DNA of 64,000 nucleotides from Candidatus Pacearchaeota archaeon. Its GTDB lineage: Archaea > Nanobdellota > Nanobdellia > Pacearchaeales > GW2011-AR1. The DNA is taken from contig JAVZZP010000001.1 of assembly GCA_038885615.1 (NCBI GenBank), positions 119,191 to 183,190 on the forward strand, written 5' to 3'. This document shows, in pieces, positions 56,111 through 64,000 of the stretch (positions within the stretch are counted from its first letter, which is position 1; each line of letters starts with the position of its first letter). The position numbers and the translations under genes are program-made. Below the pieces are notes generated by a model, which had not been told where the DNA came from, ran no database searches, and saw only the letters and a list, made by a program, of their open reading frames with translations.

Positions 56111-56643
56111 TTAATGTTTTTTACCTGGTCTCCAGCTTGCTGGGCAAACTTCCTCTTTGTTTTCTCTGACATGAATAGCTGCTTGTAATTTTCTTAGAAT
56201 TTCTTGAGCGTTTCTTCCTATTGAATTATCGTTTACTTCAAACGAAACTAGTTTTCCATCCAGATCAATTAAAAAAGTCCCTCTTAGAGACACTCCTTCT
56301 TCCTCTATATAAACTCCAAAACTTCTTGCTATTTTTCCAGAAGGGTCTGCAACCATCGGAAAAGATATTTTGGATATCGCGGGGGACAAATCGTGCCAGG
56401 CCTTATGAACAAAAACGCTGTCATTACTCACACTCAAAATCTCTGCGTTTAATTTTCTGAATTCTTCATAAAGATTTACGAATTCCTCTAATTCTTTGGA
56501 CAAACGAAAGTAAAATCTCCTGGGTAAAAAAACACTATAAGCCATTTTCCTCTAAAGGAATCCATGTCTATTTTTTTTATAGAATTTTCATGAAAAACTT
56601 CAAATTTCAAATTGCCTATTTTCTCACCTATTTTAATAGCCAT
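56111..56643 (-). pseudogene. peroxiredoxin (AhpC/Prx family) disrupted by a 1-nt frameshift at the peroxidatic-Cys motif
   Basis: N-terminal part (56643 down to stop at 56488) reads MAIKIGEKIGNLKFEVFHENSIKKIDMDSFRGKWLIVFFYPGDFTFVCPKN*. The ORF-track ORF (56111-56545) continues in the -1 frame with ...ELEEFVNLYEEFRKLNAEILSVSNDSVFVHKAW...RGTFLID...VCPASW. The two frames meet at CCAAAGAATTAGAGG, where one extra base (e.g. AAGGAATTA) would restore FVCPKELEEF. Confidence 0.6.
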
Positions 56644-56686
56644 GAAAAGTTAATAAAATAAAATTTATAAGTTTTATTATAAAAAA

Positions 56687-57178
56687 CTATTTCTTTTTTC
56701 TTTTTGATTTTTCTGATTGCTTTTTATAAGACAGTGATTCTTTTTCTTCTCTGTTTTTAGGGTCTTCTCTCTGTTGGGGTGGAGGAGAAAGCTGCTTTAT
56801 TCTAGCATGCACTAATCTCAAGATGTCTTCATAATAATGAAGTTTCCCTGCTAAATTATTTAAAAAGTCATTTGCTTCGAAAGAATCGATATTTATATTG
56901 GAAGGTTCACTTATTTCAATAGAAGAAGGAAGCATTTCGGAAACAACAAAAACTAAATCTGAAAAACTTTTAGAGTAAAATTCAATTTCCGAAAAAACAG
57001 AAAAAAATTCTGGTTTGTCTTTTAGTGGTTTTGGCTCTGAAAATTTCTTTGAGATGACTTCAACGTTTTTAAAAGAATCCAGACGAGAAACGTGTGTTTT
57101 CAAGGTCTCTAGAAGATATTCTGGCGGAGCTCCAGCTAATTGGACAATAATAGTTGATTTTATTTTTTGATTTGTCAT
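56687..57178 (-). CDS. hypothetical protein
   Basis: 163-aa ORF with basic C-terminus; no motif. Confidence 0.4.
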   Translation of the reverse strand: MTNQKIKSTIIVQLAGAPPEYLLETLKTHVSRLDSFKNVEVISKKFSEPKPLKDKPEFFSVFSEIEFYSKSFSDLVFVVSEMLPSSIEISEPSNINIDSFEANDFLNNLAGKLHYYEDILRLVHARIKQLSPPPQQREDPKNREEKESLSYKKQSEKSKRKKK

Positions 57179-57179
57179 T

Positions 57180-58085
57180 TTAGTCCTTCAAAATTAAAAC
57201 CACTATAACAACAAGCAAAACTGCAAAAAAGTAAATTGCATATTTTCTTATTTTTTCTGTTTTTGATTCATAAACAACTTTTCCTGTTGCTAAGTTTGTT
57301 TTATTTTCTTCTTTATTTGAATTTAGGTTTATAATACTTTCTTTTTTTAATTCTTCTTGAAAATTATCACTTTTCTTGCCTTCTATTATTGATTGAGATT
57401 TTTGATTTAAATTCAAAGAAACTTTTTCTTCATTTTCTTCCGTCTTACAAAAGTTATCTTCTACATAAGCAACCCCTTGCTCTTTTATTTTTTCCAAGGT
57501 TTTTTGGCCTATCCCTTTAACTTTTAATAAATCGTCAATTGAACAAAAAGGCCTTGATTTTATAATTTCTTGCGCCGTTTTTTCTCCAACTCCAGTTATT
57601 TTTGTAAGCAAAGAGACAGACGCTGTATTAATATCTATTTTCTGATTTGTGTTTGTTGTCTGTTGTTGGTTTTGTGTTCGATAAGAAGAATTCTGAGTTT
57701 CTTGATTGCTATTCTCCAAAATTAGTTGTTGCCGAAGATTTTCTGAAATTTTATCTTCTTGGCTTTGAGAAACATCGGGCATATTTGATCGAGTGTTTTC
57801 AACTGAAACACAGGCTAAACCTTGTTCTTTAATTTTTTGAAGGGTCTTTTCACCAATTCCTTTAATTCTTATCAATTCTTCTATGGAACTAAAAGGCCTT
57901 TCCTCGATAATTCGCTGGGCATAGGCAGGACCTATTCCAACTAGTTTTTGTAAATCAATAACTGAAGCCGTATTAATATCTATCTGACCATCGGAACAAT
58001 TTGCATTTACAAAAGTAACAAAAAAAGATAATAAAAATAATGCTATAGTTCTTTTAGCAAAAAAACTGAGAAAATCTTTTGCCAT
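57180..58085 (-). CDS. ComEA-like extracellular DNA-binding protein with two helix-hairpin-helix modules
   Basis: Signal peptide. Two copies of DINTASV..L.K(L/I)(V/T)G(I/V)G...AQ.II..RPF.SI(E/D)(E/D)L...KGIG.KTL.KIKEQG (ComEA-type HhH). C-terminal TM YAIYFFAVLLVVIVVLIL. Confidence 0.7.
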   Translation of the reverse strand: MAKDFLSFFAKRTIALFLLSFFVTFVNANCSDGQIDINTASVIDLQKLVGIGPAYAQRIIEERPFSSIEELIRIKGIGEKTLQKIKEQGLACVSVENTRSNMPDVSQSQEDKISENLRQQLILENSNQETQNSSYRTQNQQQTTNTNQKIDINTASVSLLTKITGVGEKTAQEIIKSRPFCSIDDLLKVKGIGQKTLEKIKEQGVAYVEDNFCKTEENEEKVSLNLNQKSQSIIEGKKSDNFQEELKKESIINLNSNKEENKTNLATGKVVYESKTEKIRKYAIYFFAVLLVVIVVLILKD

Positions 58086-58443
58086 TTTTCTTTAATTCTT
58101 CTAGTTCTATAACGAAGTTTTTTCCTGCATCTTTTAGTTCATTGGGAAAAAGAAAAAACCACCCTTCTCTGTTAAAACGGACAGCTATAACAGGGGTTAA
58201 ACCGAAAATCTCAGAAAATATTAAGAATTTTTCTATTTGCTCTTTTGAGATATATTTTGAAGAAGAACTGGTTGATTTTACTTCAATTGCGTATTTTTTT
58301 CCTATTTTTCCAACCAATAAATCACAATCAGCAGTTTCCATTACCCCGCTTCCTGCAACTCGAACTGCCCTAAAATTTTCTTCTAAAAACATCTTTAAAA
58401 GCTCTCTTTCTGCTTTAGTTCCTTTGGATTTGTTTTTTTGCAT
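58054..58443 (-). CDS. hjc: Holliday junction resolvase Hjc
   Basis: KGTKAERELLKMFLEENFRAVRVAGSG...DLLVGKIGKKYAIEVKST matches the archaeal Hjc pattern (KG.xAERELxxxLxxxGFxVxRxAGS...DxxAxK...IEVKS). Confidence 0.8.
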   Translation of the reverse strand: MQKNKSKGTKAERELLKMFLEENFRAVRVAGSGVMETADCDLLVGKIGKKYAIEVKSTSSSSKYISKEQIEKFLIFSEIFGLTPVIAVRFNREGWFFLFPNELKDAGKNFVIELEELKKNGKRFSQFFC

Positions 58444-58444
58444 T

Positions 58445-59140
58445 TTACTTTCTTCTTTTTTCTATTTTTTCTATTTTACCATCTTTTAGATAGCAAATTC
58501 TTTGGGCATATTTGTAGGCTACATTTACGTCATGTGTTACGACGATAATTGTTTTTCCTTGTTCATGAAGTTTTTCTAAAAACTCTAATACGATTTGACC
58601 AGTTCTTGAATCTAAATTTCCGGTAGGTTCATCTGCCAAAATAACTTCTGGATCATTAACCAGTGCTCTCGCTATTGCTACTCTTTGTTGTTGGCCACCT
58701 GAAAGTTGATTTGGGTAGTGATTTTCTCTCTCTTCTAACTGCACGAGTTTTAATAGTTCTCTTGCTTTTTTTTCCTGCTCTTCTTTAGAAAACCCTTGAA
58801 AACTCATAGGTAACAAAATGTTCTCTTTCGCAGTTAGAGTTGAAATTAGATTAAATTGTTGAAAAATAAAACCAATCTTTCTACCTCTAATTTGTGCTAG
58901 TTCAGATTCGTGCAAATGAGAAATATCATGTTCTTCTAAGAAAATTTTTCCTTTAGTTGGGGTGTCTAAACAACCTACAAGATTCATCATGGTAGATTTA
59001 CCTGAACCAGAAGGGCCGAGAATAACTAAAAATTCAGATCTTTGGACTTGAAGATTTACTCCTGAAAGTGCATAAACCTTATTTTCCCCCATCTCATAAA
59101 TTTTGTAAACATCCACAAGGCGAATAATTTCTTTTTTCAT
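58445..59140 (-). CDS. ABC transporter ATP-binding protein (LolD/MacB/FtsE-like)
   Basis: Walker [10 protein letters not shown]; signature [15 protein letters not shown]; Walker [12 protein letters not shown]; H-loop VVTHD. Confidence 0.9.
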   Translation of the reverse strand: MKKEIIRLVDVYKIYEMGENKVYALSGVNLQVQRSEFLVILGPSGSGKSTMMNLVGCLDTPTKGKIFLEEHDISHLHESELAQIRGRKIGFIFQQFNLISTLTAKENILLPMSFQGFSKEEQEKKARELLKLVQLEERENHYPNQLSGGQQQRVAIARALVNDPEVILADEPTGNLDSRTGQIVLEFLEKLHEQGKTIIVVTHDVNVAYKYAQRICYLKDGKIEKIEKRRK

Positions 59141-59190
59141 GTAAAAGTAAATAACAAAACATTTAAAAATCTTCTTTTTATCAAATTTTT

Positions 59191-59388
59191 ATGATAATCC
59201 CTGTAAGATGTTTTAGTTGTGGAAAACCAATAGGTCATTTATGGAAACTTTTTAAAGAAAAAACTTCAAAAGGCGAAGATGCAAAAAAAGTTTTAGATGA
59301 ACTCGGTCTTGAAAGATATTGTTGCAGAGCAATGCTGCTTGGACACGAGGATTATATAGACATAATTAACAAATTTAAGAAATATTAG
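59191..59388 (+). CDS. rpoN: DNA-directed RNA polymerase subunit N (Rpb10 homolog)
   Basis: [21 protein letters not shown]...YCCRAML, the Rpb10/RpoN zinc-bundle signature (CxxC...CC); 65 aa. Confidence 0.85.
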   Translation: MIIPVRCFSCGKPIGHLWKLFKEKTSKGEDAKKVLDELGLERYCCRAMLLGHEDYIDIINKFKKY

Positions 59389-59438
59389 ATATATTTTTTT
59401 ATAAAAAAATTTAAAAAACAACTTTCAAAAGAAAAAAT

Positions 59439-62237
59439 ATGGCAAGAAAGTGGGTTTACACTTTTGAAGAAGGAAAAGCCGATATGAAATGGCTTCTTGG
59501 TGGGAAAGGAGCGAATTTGGCTGAGATGACAAAAATTGGCTTGCCTGTTCCACCCGGATTTACAATAACAACAAAAGTTTGTGACTATTTTTACAAAAAC
59601 AATAAAAGTTATCCAGAAGAATTGAACGAACAGATAGAAAAAGCTCTTTCTTGGCTTGAGAACAAAATGAAAAAAAAGTTTGGCGATGAAAAAGATCCTT
59701 TACTTGTTTCTGTAAGAAGCGGGGCAGCTAGTTCTATGCCGGGAATGATGGATACTATTTTAAACTTAGGTTTAAACGACACTACAATAAAAGGTTTAAT
59801 TGAATCCACAAAAAATGAAAGGTTTGCCTATGATTCTTATAGAAGATTCATACAAATGTTTGGTGATGTTGTTTTGCAAGTAGACCATAGAAAATTTGAA
59901 GAAATTTTAGAGGAAAAAAAGAAAACAAAAGGGGTTTCTCTGGATACAGAATTGGATTCTGATGATTTGAAAGAAATAGTCGAAAAATACAAAGAACTAG
60001 TTAAAAAAGAAACAGGAAAGGAATTTCCTCAGGATGTTAAAGAACAATTAAATCTGGCCATAAATGCTGTTTTTTCTAGTTGGAATAATCCTAGAGCAAT
60101 TACTTACAGGAAATTGAATGATATTAAAGGGCTTTTAGGAACAGCTGTGAATGTGCAGGCGATGGTTTTTGGCAACATGGGAAATGATTGTGCTACAGGT
60201 GTTTGTTTTACAAGAAATCCATCAACAGGTGAAAACAAATTTTACGGAGAATATTTGGTTAATGCTCAAGGAGAGGATGTTGTTGCTGGAATAAGAACAC
60301 CTAAACCAATAAGCGAGCTTGAAAAAGAAATGCCTGAAATTTACAAACAACTTCTTGAAGTAAGAGAAAAACTAGAAAAGCACTATCGTGATATGCAAGA
60401 TATTGAGTTTACAATTGAAAAAGGAAAACTTTACGTCTTACAGACGAGAAATGGAAAAAGAACAGCTTTTGCTGCAGTAAAAATTGCTGTAGATTTAGTA
60501 AGAGAGGGTTTATTGAAAAAAGACGAGGCAATAATGAAAGTTGATCCTGCCTCAATAGATCAGTTACTTCATGAAACAATAGACCCTATTGCTAAACAAA
60601 AAAACAAATCTGTTGCGAGAGGTTTGCCTGCTTCTCCAGGTGCTGCCGTCGGAAAAATTGTTTTTAATGCGGAAGACGCAAAGAAAAAAACAGAGGAAGG
60701 AGAAAATGTTATTTTAGTAAGACTAGAAACTTCTCCTGAAGATATTGAAGGAATGCACGCTGCAAAAGGAATTTTGACTGCAAGAGGTGGAATGACTTCT
60801 CATGCTGCTGTTGTTGCTCGAGGAATGGGAAAACCTTGTGTTGCTGGTTGCTCTGATTTAATTATAGATGAGAAAAATAAAAAATTAAGAATAAAAGATA
60901 TTGAACTTAAAGAAGGAGATTATTTAACTCTTGATGGAAGCACAGGAGAAATTTTTGTCGGGCAATTAGCATTAGTTTCTCCTGAAATAAGTGGAGATTT
61001 TGGAGAATTAATGAACTGGGCTAAAGAAATAAAGAGGTTAGAAGTTAGAGCAAATGCTGACAATCCAAAAGATGCTAAAGTTGCGAGAGATTTCGGTGCG
61101 CAAGGAATTGGCTTATGCAGAACAGAACACATGTTTTTCGAAGGAGAAAGAATTGTTTCAATGAGAAAAATGATTTTAGCAGACAGCGAAGAAGAAAGAA
61201 AGGCTGCTTTAAACGAGTTATTGCCTTATCAAAGAAGTGATTTTGAAGGAATTTTTGAAGTTATGAATGGTTTGCCTGTTATAATAAGATTGCTTGATCC
61301 TCCTTTACATGAATTTTTGCCAAAAGAAGAAGATGAAATAAAAGAATTATCTAAAAAAATTAATGTTTCTGTTGAAAAAATAAAGAACAGAATAAAGGAA
61401 TTACATGAATTTAATCCTATGCTGGGCTTTAGGGGTTGTCGTCTTGGTGTTGTTTATCCTGAGATTTCTGAAATGCAGGCGAGAGCTATTTTCGAGGCAG
61501 CAATAAATTGTGCTAGCAAAGGAATAAAGGCAATTCCGGAAATAGAAGTTCCAAATGTAATTTCCGACAAAGAGTTTAAACTGATTAAAGACATAATTGT
61601 TAAAGTTGCTGAAGAATTGAAAGTCAAAGAAAAAGGAATTTCTTACAAAATTGGCACGATGATAGAATTTCCTAGGGCCGCTCTCAATGCTGATAAACTT
61701 GCGAAAGAGGCAGAGTTTATGTCTTTTGGTACAAATGATTTGACACAAACTACATTGGGCTTTTCAAGAGATGACGCTGGGAGATTCATTAAAAATTATT
61801 TAGAAAAAAATGTTTTTGAAAAAGATCCTTTCCAAACTTTAGACATTGAAGGTGTTGGAAAATTAATGAGAACAGCTGTATTAAAAGCGAGAAAAGTAAG
61901 AAGAAATATTGATATTGGAATCTGTGGTGAGCATGGCGGAGATCCTGCTTCTGTAAAATTCTGCCATAGAATAGGTTTAAGCAATGTTTCTTGCTCTCCG
62001 TATAGAGTACCAATAGCAATTTTAGCTGCTGCTCAAGCAAGAGTTGAAGGAATTCAATACATAAGAGAAAAAAGAAAAAAGTTAAGAAGAAATAGAAAAA
62101 GATTTTTCAGAAGAAATTTTAGAAGTATGCGAAAAAAAAGTTTTTACAGGGCGCGTGCTGGCGTTAGAAAGCAAGGATTTTTTAGAAGATTTAAAATAGG
62201 TTTTAGAAATTTAAGAAGAAGAGTTTGGAGAAGGTAA
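59439..62237 (+). CDS. ppdK: pyruvate, phosphate dikinase with ~50-aa Arg/Lys-rich C-terminal extension
   Basis: N-terminus MARKWVYTFEEG. Phosphohistidine domain GGMTSHAAVVARGMGKPCVAGC. PEP-utilising TIM barrel (GLCRTEHMF, FGTNDLTQ, CGEHGGDPAS). Conserved PPDK end SCSPYRVPIAILAAAQARVEG near aa 880, then low-complexity REKRKKLRRNRKRFFRRNFRSMRKKSFYRARAGVRKQGFFRRFKIGFRNLRRRVWRR. Confidence 0.85.
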   Translation: MARKWVYTFEEGKADMKWLLGGKGANLAEMTKIGLPVPPGFTITTKVCDYFYKNNKSYPEELNEQIEKALSWLENKMKKKFGDEKDPLLVSVRSGAASSMPGMMDTILNLGLNDTTIKGLIESTKNERFAYDSYRRFIQMFGDVVLQVDHRKFEEILEEKKKTKGVSLDTELDSDDLKEIVEKYKELVKKETGKEFPQDVKEQLNLAINAVFSSWNNPRAITYRKLNDIKGLLGTAVNVQAMVFGNMGNDCATGVCFTRNPSTGENKFYGEYLVNAQGEDVVAGIRTPKPISELEKEMPEIYKQLLEVREKLEKHYRDMQDIEFTIEKGKLYVLQTRNGKRTAFAAVKIAVDLVREGLLKKDEAIMKVDPASIDQLLHETIDPIAKQKNKSVARGLPASPGAAVGKIVFNAEDAKKKTEEGENVILVRLETSPEDIEGMHAAKGILTARGGMTSHAAVVARGMGKPCVAGCSDLIIDEKNKKLRIKDIELKEGDYLTLDGSTGEIFVGQLALVSPEISGDFGELMNWAKEIKRLEVRANADNPKDAKVARDFGAQGIGLCRTEHMFFEGERIVSMRKMILADSEEERKAALNELLPYQRSDFEGIFEVMNGLPVIIRLLDPPLHEFLPKEEDEIKELSKKINVSVEKIKNRIKELHEFNPMLGFRGCRLGVVYPEISEMQARAIFEAAINCASKGIKAIPEIEVPNVISDKEFKLIKDIIVKVAEELKVKEKGISYKIGTMIEFPRAALNADKLAKEAEFMSFGTNDLTQTTLGFSRDDAGRFIKNYLEKNVFEKDPFQTLDIEGVGKLMRTAVLKARKVRRNIDIGICGEHGGDPASVKFCHRIGLSNVSCSPYRVPIAILAAAQARVEGIQYIREKRKKLRRNRKRFFRRNFRSMRKKSFYRARAGVRKQGFFRRFKIGFRNLRRRVWRR

Positions 62238-62477
62238 TGTTTGTTGGTTCTTGGCAAGGCTGAAAAAATCAGTTAGAATAAGTAAGAGTGTTTAATCTTT
62301 TTAGAAATTCAGTAATATTTATTAAGAAAAAGTTTCTCTTAAAGGTATGAATACATATAAAAAAATCTTAATTTTTTAAAAAAATTTATAAATAAAATAA
62401 AAAAAAGATTTTTCTTTTTAAAGAAAAAACAAAAAAAGAAAAAAATTATCAAAATAAAAAGAAAACAGATCGGACAG

Positions 62478-63947
62478 TTGAGAGAGAATTTTTTTAAAGA
62501 AACTTTTCAAAAAAAATTAAAAGATTTTTTAGAAAGAAATGATACAATTCAAAAATCGAATTTTTCTATAGAAAAAGAAAAAATTGAAGAAAACAAGGAA
62601 AGAAATTTTGTAAAGGTTAACGAAGGCATATACACTGGAAGACCTTGTTATAGTTTGTTTAAGGATTTTATTTTAAAAACAGAAGAGAGTTTAGATATAT
62701 CTACAAACGTCTTTTCTAACAAAACTCTTTTTGAGATTATAAAACTTTTAAAGAAAAATGTAAAAATCAGGATAGTTTCTGCTAGACAAAAAGACAAAGA
62801 TTATAATTTTAAAGAAGATTTAATAAATTTAGAAGTCTATCGTTTACCAAGAAATCATTCAAAATTTATTATAAGAGATAAAAAAGCTCTTTTAATCGGT
62901 TCTGCTAACCTTGAAGAGTCTTCTCTCTTAAATTTTTTTGAAACAAATTATATAACTTTTAATAAAGAAATAGTAGAAAGTGCTACAGAAATATTCGAAT
63001 CTATAATTAGTGGAGTTGATTTAAGAAAAAAGAAAAATTCTTTCTTGTTTTCTGGAAATGAAAAAGAAGATTTGCCAAAAATATTATTTGAATTAATAAG
63101 AAAAGAAGAAGAAATATCAATAATTTTAGGTTTGTCTTTATTTCAAAAAGAAGTTTTAGATTATATTTTGTCGACAAACCCTCAATTAAAAGTTAAAATA
63201 ATTTTAGGCGGAGACTGGCCAAAAAACATCTTTAGTCCTGTTGACAAAGAAACTGTTAAGTATATAAATAACTATAAAAAAACAGAAAATATTGAAATAG
63301 AATTCAAAAAGGAACCTATTCACTCCAAGGTTTATTTTTTCAAAAAAAACAGAAAAAGGATTATTTCTTCTATGAATATGACAAGGGATTCTTTTGGAAG
63401 GCTTTATGAATCTGGGATAATTATAGAAAAAGAAGAAGAAATAAAAAAATTTTTTGATATAATAAATAGTTTAGAAAAAAAAGGGATTCCCTCTTCTAGT
63501 TATTTTGATTTTTATAATGATGTTTATACCCCAAAAGAAGAAATAACTGATTCAAGTAGTGTATTAAATTTGCCTTGGAAAACTGCTTATGAGGATGAAA
63601 CTTGGCCCTTTTCGAGATATAATATTGAAAAAAAAGAAAAAGTAGTTATAGAAAAAAACAAGGAAGAAACCGAAGATAAAAAAATAATATACAAAGGTTC
63701 TTTTGATTCTTTTGTTGGTGGGAGGTATGGAAAGACTCTTATAAAAAGCTTATACGGCCACTCTACGAAAACTTCAAGTCCAAAAATAACAAAAGGACAT
63801 ATACATATAAAATCTTATGATAGAAAAAAGGATATAAAATCTTTGGAAAGAAAAAAAGAAATAATAGATGACGAAGAAGAAAAAAAGAAAATTGAAGAAT
63901 CTATTGAATGGTTAAAAAAAGAACTTAAAGAAAAATATAATTTATAA
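62478..63947 (+). CDS. phospholipase D-like (HKD-motif) domain protein
   Basis: First HKD motif NHSKFIIRDKKALLIGSANL (H-x-K-x4-D-x6-GSxN). Second degenerate copy IHSKVYFFKKNRKRIISSMNMT (D replaced by K). 489 aa with Lys/Glu-rich tail. Confidence 0.5.
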   Translation: MRENFFKETFQKKLKDFLERNDTIQKSNFSIEKEKIEENKERNFVKVNEGIYTGRPCYSLFKDFILKTEESLDISTNVFSNKTLFEIIKLLKKNVKIRIVSARQKDKDYNFKEDLINLEVYRLPRNHSKFIIRDKKALLIGSANLEESSLLNFFETNYITFNKEIVESATEIFESIISGVDLRKKKNSFLFSGNEKEDLPKILFELIRKEEEISIILGLSLFQKEVLDYILSTNPQLKVKIILGGDWPKNIFSPVDKETVKYINNYKKTENIEIEFKKEPIHSKVYFFKKNRKRIISSMNMTRDSFGRLYESGIIIEKEEEIKKFFDIINSLEKKGIPSSSYFDFYNDVYTPKEEITDSSSVLNLPWKTAYEDETWPFSRYNIEKKEKVVIEKNKEETEDKKIIYKGSFDSFVGGRYGKTLIKSLYGHSTKTSSPKITKGHIHIKSYDRKKDIKSLERKKEIIDDEEEKKKIEESIEWLKKELKEKYNL

Positions 63948-64000
63948 AATTTATACCTCAACTGTAAAGATAAATATGGATATAATCAAGATTTAAATAG

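Noticed and set aside
62238-62477. A/T-rich 240-nt gap downstream of ppdK as a CRISPR leader/array or ncRNA
   Set aside because: No direct repeats of 24-40 nt with regular spacers anywhere in the window. The region is simple A/T homopolymer-rich spacer with imperfect short dyads only.

Overview
AT-rich (~30% GC), gene-dense archaeal window. Identity markers: PCNA, RFC large and small subunits, a PriS primase with a fused PriL-CTD-like tail, RNA polymerase subunit N, Hjc, GatD, KEOPS Bud32, archaeal PheRS alpha/beta, uS10 and SRP54. Gene density, overlapping genes, reduced metabolism and the fused primase suggest a DPANN-type (Nano-/Woese-/Pacearchaeota-like) episymbiont; this lineage call is inference. 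Housekeeping content: AspRS, SerRS, PheST, GatA/GatD, PPDK, ITPase, PdaD, UppP, MinD-like ATPase, EndoIII-like glycosylase, MutS2-like ATPase, ABC ATPase, and four tRNAs, one carrying a ~125-nt structured intron. Main accessory feature: a ~10.6 kb minus-strand operon at 39224-49841 that is an internally duplicated cassette. Each copy is a ~255-aa protein with an archaeal class-III (type-IV-pilin-like, 'KRG|Q') signal peptide, followed by a giant disulfide-rich secreted protein. Copy 1 is one 1341-aa protein. Copy 2 is split into a 774-aa and a 918-aa ORF, and the 918-aa ORF carries a canonical ~129-aa mini-intein/Hint domain (Cys1 ... TxxH ... HN|S). Each giant protein has a glycine-zipper-like hydrophobic segment between Cys-rich domains, and four C-terminal ~105-aa tandem repeats. 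Immediately upstream, with overlapping or near-abutting ORFs, lie a membrane-anchored diadenylate cyclase (DAC domain) and PCNA. Downstream of the operon's upstream neighbours are two further Cys-rich, TM-anchored surface proteins (52792-56077). Consistent supporting signals: a VKOR homolog plus a DsbA-like CPYG thioredoxin-fold protein (extracytoplasmic disulfide formation), and a secreted SNase-like nuclease, a ComEA-like HhH protein and a PLD-like protein (possible extracellular DNA scavenging). Also noted: a peroxiredoxin gene broken by a 1-nt frameshift at the FVCP active site, a likely frameshifted MNT-like gene, an unannotated eL41-like micro-ORF, two adjacent intergenic palindromes, and a ~106-nt structured intergenic element next to tRNA-Cys. 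No CRISPR array, rRNA, integrase or transposase was seen.
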